A stretch of DNA of 49,800 bases from Candidatus Bipolaricaulota bacterium (GCA_021159105.1 JAGGSM010000064.1:1-49800); one strand, 5' to 3'; shown: positions 20,931-31,047, numbered from the stretch's first letter. Numbers and translations: made by a program. The notes: a model not told the origin generated them from the sequence alone.

Positions 20931-22682
20931 TTGATGATGCAAAGAATCCTACGCGTGAACATGAAAGATCGTACAGCCGCATTCGAGGATGTTCCCGAGA
21001 AGTACAAGGAGCGTGCCGGCCGCTGGTTGACATCGAGTATCGTCGCTTCGGAGGTTCCACCGACGTGCCACCCGCTCGGGCCGGAGAATAAGCTCGTCAT
21101 CACCTCTGGCCTCACGAGCGGGACGTCCTCTCCTACGTCAGCGCGTGTCTCCATAGGTGGGAAATCACCACTGACGGGAACGATCAAGGAGTCGAACGCT
21201 GGGACGGGCTTTGCGCATATGCTGGCGCGGCTGCGGATCAAGGCGATCATCATCGAGGGGCAGCCGCAGGATGCAACGAAGTACTGGACGATCAAGATTG
21301 ACAAGAATGGCCCCAGCTTCCTCCCCGCCGATCAGTACGTGGGGTTGAAGCTGAGCGAAGCCTACGAGAAGCTGTTTTCCGAGCACGGCGGCCTCTCTCA
21401 CACCTCGATCATGGGAATCGGTGTGGCTGGGGAGTACCGCCTCGGAGCGGCTGGGATCTGCTTCAATGATATCAAGGGTCGCGCCACACGCTATTCTGGG
21501 CGCGGTGGCATGGGCGCGGTGATGGGAAGCAAAGGGCTCAAATTCATCATCCTCGACGATACCGATGCCCCGGGCGTCGAGATCGTCAACAAGGAGCTGT
21601 TCGATTCTGGCCGCAAGAAGCTCGCCGACGCCCTGATGTCGCACGCGATCACCAAACCGAAGGGGGCTCTCAATTCCTACGGCACCGCCGTCCTTGTCAA
21701 CATCGTGAACGAGGTCGGAGGACTGCCCACGCGCAACTTCCGCAGCGGGCGTTTCGAGGGAGCGACGAAGGTCTCCGGCGAGGCGCTCTTCGCCAACAAC
21801 AAGGAACGCACTGGGAAAGAGGTGTACAACCACGCCTGCTCCCCTGGGTGCATCATCCAGTGCTCAAACACGGTCTACCGCAAGGACGGTTCGGAGCATA
21901 TGTCCTGCCTGGAGTACGAGTCGGATTGGGCGTTCGGCCCCAACTGTGGGATCGACGACATAGACACTGTTGCGGAGCTGGTGAACAAGTGCAACGAATA
22001 CGGGTTGGACACGATCGAGGTCGGTGGAGCGCTGGCGGTGGCGATGGACGGGGGACTGGCTGAGTTCGGAGATGGCGCGCGAGCTCTGGAGATCGTAGAT
22101 GAGATCGGGAGTGGTACGCCGCTTGGCCGCATCATCGGAAGCGGGGCGGTGACCACTGGAAGAGCGTTTGGCGTCAGCCGTGTCCCTGCGGTGAAGGGGC
22201 AGAACATGCCCGCCTACGAGCCGCGCGCGATCAAGGGGATCGGGATGACCTACGCCGTAGGCACGATGGGTGCTGACCACACATCCGGGTACACAATCGC
22301 CACCGAGGTGCTTGGTGTCGCCGGGAAAGCCGACCCGCTGAACAGTAAGAAGGCGGAGATGGCACGCAACTTCCAGTACGCCACGGGATTTATCGATTCA
22401 AGCGGCCATTGCCTGTTCATCGCCTTCGCTATCCTCGATATTCCATCTGGGTTTGAAGGGATGATCGAGGAGTGCAACGGAATTCTCGGGACATCGTGGA
22501 CCGCCGCCGACGTAACGCGTATCGGAAAGGAGGTCATCGACATCGAGCGGGAGTTCAACCGCGCCGCCGGCTTCACCAGGGCTGACGATCGCCTTCCAGA
22601 GTTCATGACCTACGAGCCACTTCCGCCGCACAACGCCGTGTGGGACATTCCTGATGAAGAGCTGGACAGTATATTCGGCTAG
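20931..22682 (+). CDS. aor: aldehyde:ferredoxin oxidoreductase (tungstopterin AOR family)
   Basis: 583 aa. N-terminal RILRVNM...TAAFEDVP plus family-typical length and pattern. Start is TTG 20931 or ATG 20934/20937 after GGAGG. Confidence 0.88.
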   Translation: MMMQRILRVNMKDRTAAFEDVPEKYKERAGRWLTSSIVASEVPPTCHPLGPENKLVITSGLTSGTSSPTSARVSIGGKSPLTGTIKESNAGTGFAHMLARLRIKAIIIEGQPQDATKYWTIKIDKNGPSFLPADQYVGLKLSEAYEKLFSEHGGLSHTSIMGIGVAGEYRLGAAGICFNDIKGRATRYSGRGGMGAVMGSKGLKFIILDDTDAPGVEIVNKELFDSGRKKLADALMSHAITKPKGALNSYGTAVLVNIVNEVGGLPTRNFRSGRFEGATKVSGEALFANNKERTGKEVYNHACSPGCIIQCSNTVYRKDGSEHMSCLEYESDWAFGPNCGIDDIDTVAELVNKCNEYGLDTIEVGGALAVAMDGGLAEFGDGARALEIVDEIGSGTPLGRIIGSGAVTTGRAFGVSRVPAVKGQNMPAYEPRAIKGIGMTYAVGTMGADHTSGYTIATEVLGVAGKADPLNSKKAEMARNFQYATGFIDSSGHCLFIAFAILDIPSGFEGMIEECNGILGTSWTAADVTRIGKEVIDIEREFNRAAGFTRADDRLPEFMTYEPLPPHNAVWDIPDEELDSIFG

Positions 22683-22742
22683 ACCTTCCTTAAGATGATC
22701 TGCTGGCGGCGTACTCTTAAGGTGCGCCGCCAGCCTACAAAC

Positions 22743-23021
22743 ATGGAACAAATCGAGATCCACCTCTACGGCAAGCTACGGCGCTACGCACCAAATTCCG
22801 ATCCGCACGGCGACTCCATCCTACGCCACGCGGGAGATGGCAAGACGATCGCCCAAGCTGTGGAGGAGATCGGGATCGATAAGCGAGATCTGGGGGCGAA
22901 CATCTTCGTCAACGGTGAGTACTCAGATGTTGAGCGGGTTCTCCACGCGGAGGATCGCCTAGCGCTGTTCCCAGATGACATGCAGCTTCTGTACAAGTGG
23001 TACTTCGCGCGGAGGAAGTGA
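22743..23021 (+). CDS. MoaD/ThiS-like beta-grasp protein without C-terminal Gly-Gly
   Basis: 92 aa from ATG 22743. Beta-grasp-like pattern (IEIHLYGKLRRY...VNGEYSDVERVLHAEDRLALFP), but it continues DDMQLLYKWYFARRK instead of ending in GG. Confidence 0.55.
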   Translation: MEQIEIHLYGKLRRYAPNSDPHGDSILRHAGDGKTIAQAVEEIGIDKRDLGANIFVNGEYSDVERVLHAEDRLALFPDDMQLLYKWYFARRK

Positions 23022-23022
23022 A

Positions 23023-23262
23023 GTGACCGGACAGATAGAAGTTGATCTTCTCCTGTTTGCCACGCTGCGAAGAAGAGGGTTGAAGTCTCAGCAGAGGATC
23101 ACCCTGCAGGCAAGTACCAGCGTTCGCGGGGTGGCGGAGGCCCTCGCCATACCGCAGGGTGAGATCCACCTTGTATTCATCAACGGCCGCGCGGCATCCT
23201 TCGATCAGGATCTTCAGGATGGCGACCGCTTGGCACTCTTCCCAGCAATCGGTGGCGGATGA
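23023..23262 (+). CDS. MoaD/ThiS-family sulfur-carrier-like protein
   Basis: 79 aa from GTG 23023 (GGAGGAAG RBS). Ends ...INGRAASFDQDLQDGDRLALFPAIGGG*, the canonical ThiS/MoaD C-terminus. Confidence 0.7.
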   Translation: MTGQIEVDLLLFATLRRRGLKSQQRITLQASTSVRGVAEALAIPQGEIHLVFINGRAASFDQDLQDGDRLALFPAIGGG

Positions 23263-23447
23263 AGAGAAGGTGGCGTGCGCAGCTTGCCCGCCGCGTTGAG
23301 TTGTATCCAACAGCCCAAACGCATCGTTTAGGACCGAGGGCAGGTATCTGGTGTCAGCAACAACTCCCTTCGCGCTCTTCATGTTTGCCTGTCCTTTTGG
23401 GCACAGGTAGGTCCTTTGTGTTGAGGCGAACCTCCCCAGTTCGTATT

Positions 23448-23867
23448 CTACGGCGCATCAAGGGAAGGTACAGTGAACACAGCAAACCCGCTGATAGCGT
23501 TCACCTGCTGCTGCAAGAAGGCTACCAGATCAGAAGGTAACGCGGCGACATCGGAGGGCGTGATCCCTGGCACGACGATCGCTGCGGTGAGCATCTCCTG
23601 CTCGATGATCTGATGAGAGATCGCCTGCACCTGGAAGGATCCGTACTCGCTCTCGGTGATCGGACGCATGATCACCACGAGATCGGTCCTCGGGAGGAGG
23701 ACGGCGAAGAGATCCCTCTCGACCTGTGCATCATCCTCTCCCTGCGGGAAGCCTCGGAGGTCCCCGATACCGGCGATCGCATAGCGTGTTGGACCGGCTG
23801 CACAGCTCAGGGCTGTCGCTCCTATCAACATCACCACGAGTAGGAAGATCAATCCCTTTTCTATCAT
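23448..23867 (-). CDS. hypothetical lipoprotein
   Basis: GGAGGTGG RBS and ATG 23865-23867. Signal peptide with lipobox-like ALSC. Confidence 0.55.
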   Translation of the reverse strand: MIEKGLIFLLVVMLIGATALSCAAGPTRYAIAGIGDLRGFPQGEDDAQVERDLFAVLLPRTDLVVIMRPITESEYGSFQVQAISHQIIEQEMLTAAIVVPGITPSDVAALPSDLVAFLQQQVNAISGFAVFTVPSLDAP

Positions 23868-23954
23868 GAAAACCACCTCCTGCCTCCACTATAATGACTG
23901 AGGTCGGAGGCAGCAAAACACCACACTCTGCAGGCCGGGAGGTAGGAGGAGCAA

Positions 23955-24920
23955 ATGGATCCGTTGCAGCGCGTCCGCGATGCATGTATGGCCGTGGCGG
24001 AACGAGCGGTCCACGTGCGGATCAACAGCGAGCATATCGGTGCTTACGCGGAATCGCTCTTCACCGATCAGCTGGAGCTACCGGCGCTCGACCCCGTCCA
24101 TCACTACGTTGGGCACGGAGCGGACACGGTAGCGTTTATCCTCACTTTGGACGCGATCAACTTTGGATCGGGCTACTTTCCCCACATTCACAAGCGCCCC
24201 GGGATGAGCGGTTACTTCACCATCGCCTCCACTCTCACCGACCTGTTCTCTCGCCGCGGCCCTCTATCGGCGAGAGAACTGCGAGAGATCACTGCCGATG
24301 ACTGCGCTGAGATATTCGATCAGGACAAGACGGACCCGGTGATCTCCGAGCTTATGGCCCTCTTCTCCCGTGCACTGAACGATCTTGGCTCGTATCTCAT
24401 ACGCCGCTTCCACGGCGATTTCACCGCTCTTGTTGCAGCCGCTGAACGTTCCGCAGCGCGGTTAGTCGGTGCCCTCACGGGCATGCCGTTCTTCGATGAC
24501 GTTTCAGAGTACAGGGGAATTGATGTCCCCTTCTACAAACGGGCACAGATCACCGCTTCCGACCTTGCCCTTGCCCTCGCCTTCGACGGAAAGGGGCCGG
24601 GCGAGTTTTATGATCTCGATCGATTGACCATCTTTGCCGACAACATGGTCCCGCATGTGCTGAGGGTCGATCGGATCCTGACCTACGATGAGAGTCTCCT
24701 GGCCCGCATCGAGCGGGAGGAGCTGATACCGGCCGGCTCACAGGAGGAGGTTGAGATTCGCGCCTGCGCGGTGCACGCCGCGGAGCTGATCGTGGAAGCG
24801 ATCAACGAAACGGGCAGGGAAGTGACGGCGCAACAGCTCGACAACTTGCTGTGGAATAGGGGGCAGGGACCTGAATACAAGGGCTGTCCTCGTCATCGTA
24901 CGCGCAGCGTCTACTACTGA
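23955..24920 (+). CDS. queuosine-salvage protein family (DUF2419 / QNG1-like)
   Basis: 321 aa. LDAINFGSGYF, FYKRAQITASDL and LTIFADNMVPHVL resemble the conserved blocks of DUF2419 as I recall them. Confidence 0.65.
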   Translation: MDPLQRVRDACMAVAERAVHVRINSEHIGAYAESLFTDQLELPALDPVHHYVGHGADTVAFILTLDAINFGSGYFPHIHKRPGMSGYFTIASTLTDLFSRRGPLSARELREITADDCAEIFDQDKTDPVISELMALFSRALNDLGSYLIRRFHGDFTALVAAAERSAARLVGALTGMPFFDDVSEYRGIDVPFYKRAQITASDLALALAFDGKGPGEFYDLDRLTIFADNMVPHVLRVDRILTYDESLLARIEREELIPAGSQEEVEIRACAVHAAELIVEAINETGREVTAQQLDNLLWNRGQGPEYKGCPRHRTRSVYY

Positions 24921-24994
24921 TCTTCGCACCGACCATGGACTGGGCCGCTTCGGGGAAGGGCTGAGGCCTCATCGGTCCAGGGCAGGGCGGAAAC

Positions 24995-25372
24995 TCACTC
25001 TCCACACGTGACGAGATCAGAGATCTTGTCTATGATCCCCTCACCTATTCCACTCACATTAACAAGGTCGTCGAGTGATCTGAATGGGCCGTGAGCTTTG
25101 CGATACTCGACAATGTTTGCTGCTTTGCTTGGGCCGATACCGGGGAGCTTCTCTAACTCTTCGATCCCCGCTGAGTTGATGTCTACTTTGGGGGGAGAAT
25201 CTAGGAAGGTTGGACGGAGGACTCTCACCCTGGAGAGCTCGATCGGTGCAACCTCGATGACTGCTCTATGGACGAGGGATGGCAGGAATAGAGCCAGACC
25301 GCTCGCGATGATACCGATGGCAACCAGCACAATCAGCCCACGCTCCTGTGTCGGTGAGAAGCGCGGTCTCAT
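24995..25372 (-). CDS. comEA: ComEA-family helix-hairpin-helix DNA-binding protein
   Basis: N-terminal TM segment. VDINSAGIEELEKLPGIGPSKAANIVEYRKAHGPFRSLDDLVNVSGIG is the tandem HhH motif. Confidence 0.85.
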   Translation of the reverse strand: MRPRFSPTQERGLIVLVAIGIIASGLALFLPSLVHRAVIEVAPIELSRVRVLRPTFLDSPPKVDINSAGIEELEKLPGIGPSKAANIVEYRKAHGPFRSLDDLVNVSGIGEGIIDKISDLVTCGE

Positions 25373-25884
25373 GCGAGGATCTCCCGCAGGCGCCTGATCC
25401 CCTCCCGTTCGCGCGCGATGCGCATCGGCTCGGGGAGCCGCTCGTAGCGGCGCCAGCCGAATTTGTCCGAATATGCCTGCACAAATACCTTCAACAGCCT
25501 CTCTCTCAGGGCCTTGTCCCTACGCAGCACATCCCCCTTTGCTTTGACCAGCCGCTCCACCTCGGGGATGTACAGGTCGTAGCGGGTGGATGAGGACAAG
25601 AGCGATATGGCCTGCTCGTTGTCCTCCCCGAGCAAGGCGATTCCTCGGTTGAATAGCTCCCGCCGCTTCATCTCATTCTGAGCGGCGATGCGCATGGCTC
25701 GTCGCTGTTCCTTGTGATGTGACAACTCCTTGCGCGAGAAAGGGACGATCGTGTACTGACACCCATCTGGACAGGGCGGAAACGCATCCTCGTGTGCTTC
25801 AATGCGCCCGTGCAGCGCCAAGCACCGTGGGCATGTACGGTAGTTGACATTGGCGTAGAATTGGTAGTACGTCTTTCTTAACAT
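25369..25884 (-). CDS. hypothetical protein with N-terminal CxxC...CxxxC zinc-ribbon-like motif
   Basis: 171 aa with 4-nt overlap with comEA. TCPRCLALHGR...CPDGC is followed by a charged helical region. No confident family assignment. Confidence 0.55.
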   Translation of the reverse strand: MLRKTYYQFYANVNYRTCPRCLALHGRIEAHEDAFPPCPDGCQYTIVPFSRKELSHHKEQRRAMRIAAQNEMKRRELFNRGIALLGEDNEQAISLLSSSTRYDLYIPEVERLVKAKGDVLRRDKALRERLLKVFVQAYSDKFGWRRYERLPEPMRIAREREGIRRLREILA

Positions 25885-25994
25885 ACGACAAGTGTATGTT
25901 CAAACCAAGGCTCTGGGCAAGTCGGTGAAAAGAGCATTGTGCGATGTGTCGGGGCTTGGTAGAATCCAGCGGTACACACTTAGCGGAGGCAGAT

Positions 25995-26270
25995 ATGTTC
26001 CAGATAGTCCTATCGACGTTCGCTCTCGTATTCATGGCCGAGCTGGGAGATAAGACCCAGATTGCTGTGTTCACCCTCGCTGCGCAGACCCACTCCCCGT
26101 GGTCCATACTGATCGGGGCAGGGGGAGCGCTTCTGGTGTCGAGCGCGCTCGCTGTATTGCTGGGGACGCTTGCCGCACGTTTCATCCCGGAGCACGCTGT
26201 TCGCCTAATTCATTACGGTGCTGGCGCTCTGTTCATCCTGATCGGTGCCTGGACGATCTGGAAGGCGTAG
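25995..26270 (+). CDS. UPF0016 (GDT1/TMEM165) family membrane protein, single-repeat form
   Basis: 91 aa from ATG 25995 (GGAGG RBS). Contains a single E-x-G-D-K-T motif (AELGDKTQIAV) and 3 TM segments. Confidence 0.72.
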   Translation: MFQIVLSTFALVFMAELGDKTQIAVFTLAAQTHSPWSILIGAGGALLVSSALAVLLGTLAARFIPEHAVRLIHYGAGALFILIGAWTIWKA

Positions 26271-26276
26271 TGCTGA

Positions 26277-27086
26277 TCAGGTAAACCAGGTCTTATCCTC
26301 CCAGCCTTGCAGTTTCTTCACCAGTGGCTTGTAGGTCATGTCTAGGTGAATTGGCGTTATGGAGATGTAACCGTTGGCTATCGCCCAGATATCGGTCCCT
26401 TCCTCCTCTGGCGGAACCTGGGTGCGCGGCTCTCCGGTGATCCAGTAGTAGCTGCGTCCGCGCGGGTCCTTCCCCTGCACTAAGTAGTTCTTGTAGACCA
26501 AACCGCCCAGCCGCGTTACCTTCACCTTCGACGGCCGGTCGCTGTGCATGCGGGGGACATTCACGTTCAGCAACACTCCGGAAGGGAGTATATTCTCTTC
26601 GAGGAGCAGCGCTGCGAGGCGAGCGGCGAAGCTGGCTGCCCTCGAGTAGTCCGGTATCTCCAGTTCATCGGCATCCGTGTCCAAGGAGACGGCTATGGCT
26701 GGGATACCTGTGCGGGCTCCTTGCATGGCTGCTGCTACCGTCCCGGAGTACGTGACATCTTCCCCCAAATTCAGCCCGGCATTTATCCCGGAGACAACGA
26801 GATCTGGCTTCTCCTTAAGCAGGCCGAGGACGGCAAGTGAGACGCAATCAGAGGGGGTGCCGCTGGTCATATGTCCCACACTTCCATTGAGCAAGCGTAC
26901 CGTATCTACGCGCAGTGGCTTGTGGAAGGTCATCGTGCGGCTCGCGGCGGACCAGTTTCGGTCGGGTGCGAACACCTCGACAAACGCGATCCGGTCGAGC
27001 TCCTCCTTGAGGGCCATTATCCCGCGCGCATTCACCCCATCATCGTTAGTCACGAGTATCGTCTTCTTCTTCGCAGTCTGGCTCAC
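26277..27086 (-). CDS. surE: 5'/3'-nucleotidase SurE
   Basis: 269 aa with ILVTNDDGVNARGI N-terminal signature and GINAGLNLG. Confidence 0.9.
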   Translation of the reverse strand: MSQTAKKKTILVTNDDGVNARGIMALKEELDRIAFVEVFAPDRNWSAASRTMTFHKPLRVDTVRLLNGSVGHMTSGTPSDCVSLAVLGLLKEKPDLVVSGINAGLNLGEDVTYSGTVAAAMQGARTGIPAIAVSLDTDADELEIPDYSRAASFAARLAALLLEENILPSGVLLNVNVPRMHSDRPSKVKVTRLGGLVYKNYLVQGKDPRGRSYYWITGEPRTQVPPEEEGTDIWAIANGYISITPIHLDMTYKPLVKKLQGWEDKTWFT

Positions 27087-27685
27087 TTTTCCTCCTCATC
27101 TTCCTTTTCGCTATCCTGCTCCCTCACAGTAGACTCAGCAAGGCTGTAGAAGTCAAGAACGTTGTCCCCGTATCTTCTTCTGTCGAAGCGTTCCAGCGGC
27201 CCGTATCCATCTTCCAGATCTGTCTTGTTCCGCACTTCCGTTATTATGAACCCATCCTCGGCTAGGATCGAGTGTTCTGCCATCAGTCGCAGGGCAGAGT
27301 CAGCGAGACCTCTGTCGTAGGGAGGGCCGACGAAGATCAGGTCGTAGCGCTTTCCCCTTCGCTGCAGGTGATCGATCCCGATTGCGTAGTCCCTCTGCAG
27401 GACGCTTCCCTGATCCAGGAACCCGAGCAGATCTAGGTTCCTCCGCACAATCCCGCACGCCTTCGGGGATCGATCGACGAACGTAGCCTCGCGCGCGCCC
27501 CGTGAGAGAGCCTCCAGGCCGACGCTCCCCGTCCCGCAGAATAGATCAAGGAATCTGGCGTCGATGACCAGGTCGGCGAGGATGTTGAACAGCGCGCTGC
27601 GGACGAAGTCGCGCATCGGCCTTATACCACTCTCCTCCCACTCCACGAGGCGGTGTCCCTTTCTGCTTCCGCTGATGATGCGCAC
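27083..27685 (-). CDS. rsmD: 16S rRNA (guanine966-N2)-methyltransferase RsmD-like
   Basis: RIISGSRKGHRL, DLFCGTGSVGLEALSRGA (SAM motif I) and FVGPPY (DPPY-type motif). Start trimmed to GTG 27685, because the longest ORF (to 27781) would overlap the divergent HAD gene. Has an acidic C-terminal tail. Confidence 0.8.
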   Translation of the reverse strand: MRIISGSRKGHRLVEWEESGIRPMRDFVRSALFNILADLVIDARFLDLFCGTGSVGLEALSRGAREATFVDRSPKACGIVRRNLDLLGFLDQGSVLQRDYAIGIDHLQRRGKRYDLIFVGPPYDRGLADSALRLMAEHSILAEDGFIITEVRNKTDLEDGYGPLERFDRRRYGDNVLDFYSLAESTVREQDSEKEDEEEK

Positions 27686-27761
27686 TCTGTCTCCCTTGAT
27701 TTTGCCTCTTGCACTACCTAAGATCTGACTGTCACTCAACCACGTTACCTTTATAGAGGAT

Positions 27762-28484
27762 ATGCTCATCAACAGAGTCATTCAACCACTGCAGGACCTG
27801 AGGCTGTCCGCCGTTGTCTTCGACCTCGACGGAACGCTCTGCCATTACGCGATAAGCATCGAGCGCGCCATGGCTGACGCGCTGCGACAGGTCGGTGTTC
27901 CACCAGATCTTATCGGTGACCTATCCCTTGCCGCGGATCGCTACTACGATCTGTGGTACGATCTTCAGGATGTGGATAGCACGCTGTCGCTGCGTGAGCG
28001 GATCTGGCTCAGCCTCCTCTCCGAGCACGGCACGAATGATCCGGCGCTGGCGCGCAGGATCGCGCAGGTGTACATCGCCGCGCGCACCAAGTCACTCGTT
28101 CTCTTCGACGGCGTCCTCCCGTTGCTGAGCGATCTTCGAGAGAAGTACTCCCTTGGCCTACTCACCAACGGGCCGAGCGAGATGCAGTGGGAGAAGATTG
28201 ATCTCCTCGGTCTGAAGGGATGCTTCGATACGATCACCGTCTCAGGGGACGCTGGGATTCACAAGCCGGACACGCGCGTGTTCTCCGGCCTGCTGGAACG
28301 GTTGAATACCGCTGCAGGTAGGGCTGTATACGTGGGGAACTCCTATGAAATGGATATAATCGGAGCGAGCGAAACGGGCATGCTCTCCGTGTGGGTAAAT
28401 CCGGATGGTGAAGAGGAGCCGCAGGATCACGTTGCGGATGCCATCATCACTGATGTTACAGAGCTTCGGGGGCTTCTTCTATGA
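27762..28484 (+). CDS. HAD-superfamily hydrolase
   Basis: VVFDLDGTL (motif I), LLTNG (motif II) and a VGNSYEMDIIGA motif IV region. Confidence 0.8.
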   Translation: MLINRVIQPLQDLRLSAVVFDLDGTLCHYAISIERAMADALRQVGVPPDLIGDLSLAADRYYDLWYDLQDVDSTLSLRERIWLSLLSEHGTNDPALARRIAQVYIAARTKSLVLFDGVLPLLSDLREKYSLGLLTNGPSEMQWEKIDLLGLKGCFDTITVSGDAGIHKPDTRVFSGLLERLNTAAGRAVYVGNSYEMDIIGASETGMLSVWVNPDGEEEPQDHVADAIITDVTELRGLLL

Positions 28485-29845
28485 AAAGAGCGGATGTGGC
28501 GATAATCGGAGCGGGACCGGCGGGGCTGTTCGCCGCCAATGAGCTCATCGATAGCGGACTGAAGGTCCTTCTGATAGACCGTGGAACAAGTCCCAGCCTC
28601 AGGAAGCACATCTGCTTCGGCGTTGGGGGGGCGGGTGCGTTCTCCGACGGGAAGCTCAACCTGACATCGAAGATCGGTGGTGATCCGGCGAGCATCGGCC
28701 AGGATGAGGCCGTCATTCAGTCCTACATCGATCAGGTTGACGACACGTTCACTGCCTTTGGCGCACCGAACAAGTACTCGGGAGAGGACCAGCAAGCGCT
28801 CGCTGCGCTCAAGCGGGAGGCGAGCCGCCACGGGATCGAGTTTATCAGTGGCCGTCAGCGCCACATGGGAACATCGCACGTTCGCCAGATCATCGATCGT
28901 TTCTATCATCACCTCCTGGATCACGGGGTTCTAACGTCGCTTGAAAACCGCATTGAGCATATCTCTCGCAAAGGCGATGTCTTTGTCCTGGAGGGGAGCG
29001 AACGGATCGAGGCGCGCTACGTGCTCGCCGCGCCCGGTCGTGCCGGTGCCTACTGGCTGCGTGAGGAGGCGGGGAAGCTGGGGATCGTCACCGAGTATGG
29101 ACCGATCGACGTCGGGGTGCGCGTTGAGTTTCCCGCCGAGATCTACACCCAGATCGAACGGGTGATGTACGATGCCAAGCTGCGCGTGCGCAGCGCGACC
29201 TACGACGACATGGTGCGCACGTTCTGTACCAACCCGCGCGGGTTTGTGGTCAAGGAGAGCTACGATGATTTTGCCCTGGTGAACGGGCACGCCGAGAACG
29301 ATGAGAAGACGGAGAACACGAACTTCGCGCTCCTGTCTCACATTGAGCTGACTGACCCGGTGGAGGACACCACTGAGTACGGGCGCGCGATCGCAAAGCT
29401 GGCGACGACGATCGGCGGAGGTCGACCGATCATCCAGCGGCTGAAGGACCTCAAGAACGGGCATCGCTCCACAATAGATCGCCTGCGGCGAGCGACGATC
29501 TCCCCCACCCTGGAAGATGTCACCCCTGGGGATATATCGATGGCCCTCCCCGCCCGCGTTGTTGTGAACCTGATCGAGGGTCTGGAGCAGCTGAACGCGA
29601 TCATCCCCGGGCTCACCTCGGACAACACCTTCCTCTACGCTCCTGAGATCAAGTTCTACGACACGCGCTACCCTGTAAGCCCGGCGATGGAGACAGCTAT
29701 CCCTGGATTCTACGTCGCTGGTGATGCCTCAGGGCACTGCCGTGGGATCGTCTACTCAGCGGTGAGCGGGCTGATCGCCGCACGCCACATCAGGCAGATG
29801 GCAACAGGGGGCGCAGCATCAAGGGAGAAGGAAGACAGGGCGTGA
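28481..29845 (+). CDS. FAD-dependent oxidoreductase (COG2509-like)
   Basis: 454 aa with DVAIIGAGPAGLFAA dinucleotide-binding motif and C-terminal GFYVAGDASG. Confidence 0.78.
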   Translation: MKRADVAIIGAGPAGLFAANELIDSGLKVLLIDRGTSPSLRKHICFGVGGAGAFSDGKLNLTSKIGGDPASIGQDEAVIQSYIDQVDDTFTAFGAPNKYSGEDQQALAALKREASRHGIEFISGRQRHMGTSHVRQIIDRFYHHLLDHGVLTSLENRIEHISRKGDVFVLEGSERIEARYVLAAPGRAGAYWLREEAGKLGIVTEYGPIDVGVRVEFPAEIYTQIERVMYDAKLRVRSATYDDMVRTFCTNPRGFVVKESYDDFALVNGHAENDEKTENTNFALLSHIELTDPVEDTTEYGRAIAKLATTIGGGRPIIQRLKDLKNGHRSTIDRLRRATISPTLEDVTPGDISMALPARVVVNLIEGLEQLNAIIPGLTSDNTFLYAPEIKFYDTRYPVSPAMETAIPGFYVAGDASGHCRGIVYSAVSGLIAARHIRQMATGGAASREKEDRA

Positions 29846-31047
29846 GATCTGCCAAGCGATTAGCGATCCTTCTGGCAGCAACGACACTCACTCTTCTTCT
29901 CCTCGTCCCTGTTCTTGCGCTAGGGGACATCTACCTCCCCGCAACCGTCACTTCGTTCAACCAAGCATATCGTGGACCGAGCGGATACTGGGGGGACTGC
30001 GGGATGGGTACGAACGGGTGCCAGGACACAATCGAAATCGCAGGTTGTCTGATCACTTCGTTCTCCATGGTCCTTGACTACTACGATGTCAGTCTCTCCA
30101 TCCCGCGTGAGTACTCATGCACCGCTACGGCGCGCACGGGGATGGACCCAGGGATCCTAAACGATTGGCTGAAGACGCACGGCGGATACGGAAAGTGCGG
30201 GAATGACATCGGGTCATGCTGCCTGGAGTGGACGCACCTCCCACCCCAGATCTCCGTGACGCAGTACGTTAACCACAGCGAAAATGGCGTCGATAGCACA
30301 GCTCAGCGGACGATCGACAGCGCCCTTAAGCAAGGGTATCCGGTGATCAGCGGCGTCCACTGGGGGAGCCACTGCCACGGCTCGACCGCGCAGACCGAGG
30401 ATTGCCACTGGGTAGTGATCACAGGGAAGAAGGGATCCACCTACACGATCATCGATCCGTACAACTACGACACGACAGACCCGCGTGGCGTGAGAACGAC
30501 CCTCGATCGCGGCACGTTCGGAGCCTATACCATCGATCGCTACGTTGTGGTCAAGGGGATTGTCCCCCTATCGCCCCTTGCTGGCCTACGCCTGAGTGTC
30601 TCCTTCGAGCCAAGCGGCACGCTTCGAACCGGTGCTGCGCAGGTTCGCTCGATCAGCATCAATGGCGGCAGTGACATGCCTGTCCTTCTCTACATCCGCG
30701 TCGTCGACCCTCACGGCGCAGTGAGATACGCCTACTACGGATCGGATAGCACACTCCATTATACGAAAGAGAAGCACAGCCTGTATGCGGAGCCGCGGTC
30801 GTTCTCCGATGGCACGTACGTGCTGAACGAATCGAGCACAGCTGGAGAAGATGCGGGTAGATGGACGTGGGAGGCGTGGGCGGAGGAGCCGGGAAATCCA
30901 GGAAGGCCTTACGGGTATGCTGTTTCCTCCTACACGATCAGCGCCGGGAGCTCCGGGGCGGCAAACGGGATCGCCATCGCATTGACGCTAGCGATATTCA
31001 TCGCTGCGCTCATCTACGTATCGATGCTCCTGCGCACAGGGAACTGA
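29842..31047 (+). CDS. secreted, C-terminally membrane-anchored protein with peptidase C39-like (papain-fold) domain
   Basis: Signal peptide. AGCLITSFSMVLDYY (candidate nucleophile Cys) and CHWVVITGKKGSTYTIIDPY (candidate His) resemble C39-like domains. A C-terminal TM segment is present (IAIALTLAIFIAALIYVSMLL). Confidence 0.55.
   Translation: MRSAKRLAILLAATTLTLLLLVPVLALGDIYLPATVTSFNQAYRGPSGYWGDCGMGTNGCQDTIEIAGCLITSFSMVLDYYDVSLSIPREYSCTATARTGMDPGILNDWLKTHGGYGKCGNDIGSCCLEWTHLPPQISVTQYVNHSENGVDSTAQRTIDSALKQGYPVISGVHWGSHCHGSTAQTEDCHWVVITGKKGSTYTIIDPYNYDTTDPRGVRTTLDRGTFGAYTIDRYVVVKGIVPLSPLAGLRLSVSFEPSGTLRTGAAQVRSISINGGSDMPVLLYIRVVDPHGAVRYAYYGSDSTLHYTKEKHSLYAEPRSFSDGTYVLNESSTAGEDAGRWTWEAWAEEPGNPGRPYGYAVSSYTISAGSSGAANGIAIALTLAIFIAALIYVSMLLRTGN

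Noticed and set aside
23259-23540. A 93-aa Arg-rich plus-strand ORF, plus 22909-23382 on the minus strand
   Set aside because: They overlap the convergent gene ends (MoaD-like genes and the lipoprotein gene). They are low-complexity and Arg-rich, with no RBS.
25885-25994. A possible Mn2+ (yybP-ykoY) riboswitch upstream of the UPF0016/GDT1-like gene
   Set aside because: A plausible promoter (TTGTGC-17-TAGAAT, about 25939-25967) leaves a leader of only about 25 nt. No yybP-ykoY-like conserved helices are visible.
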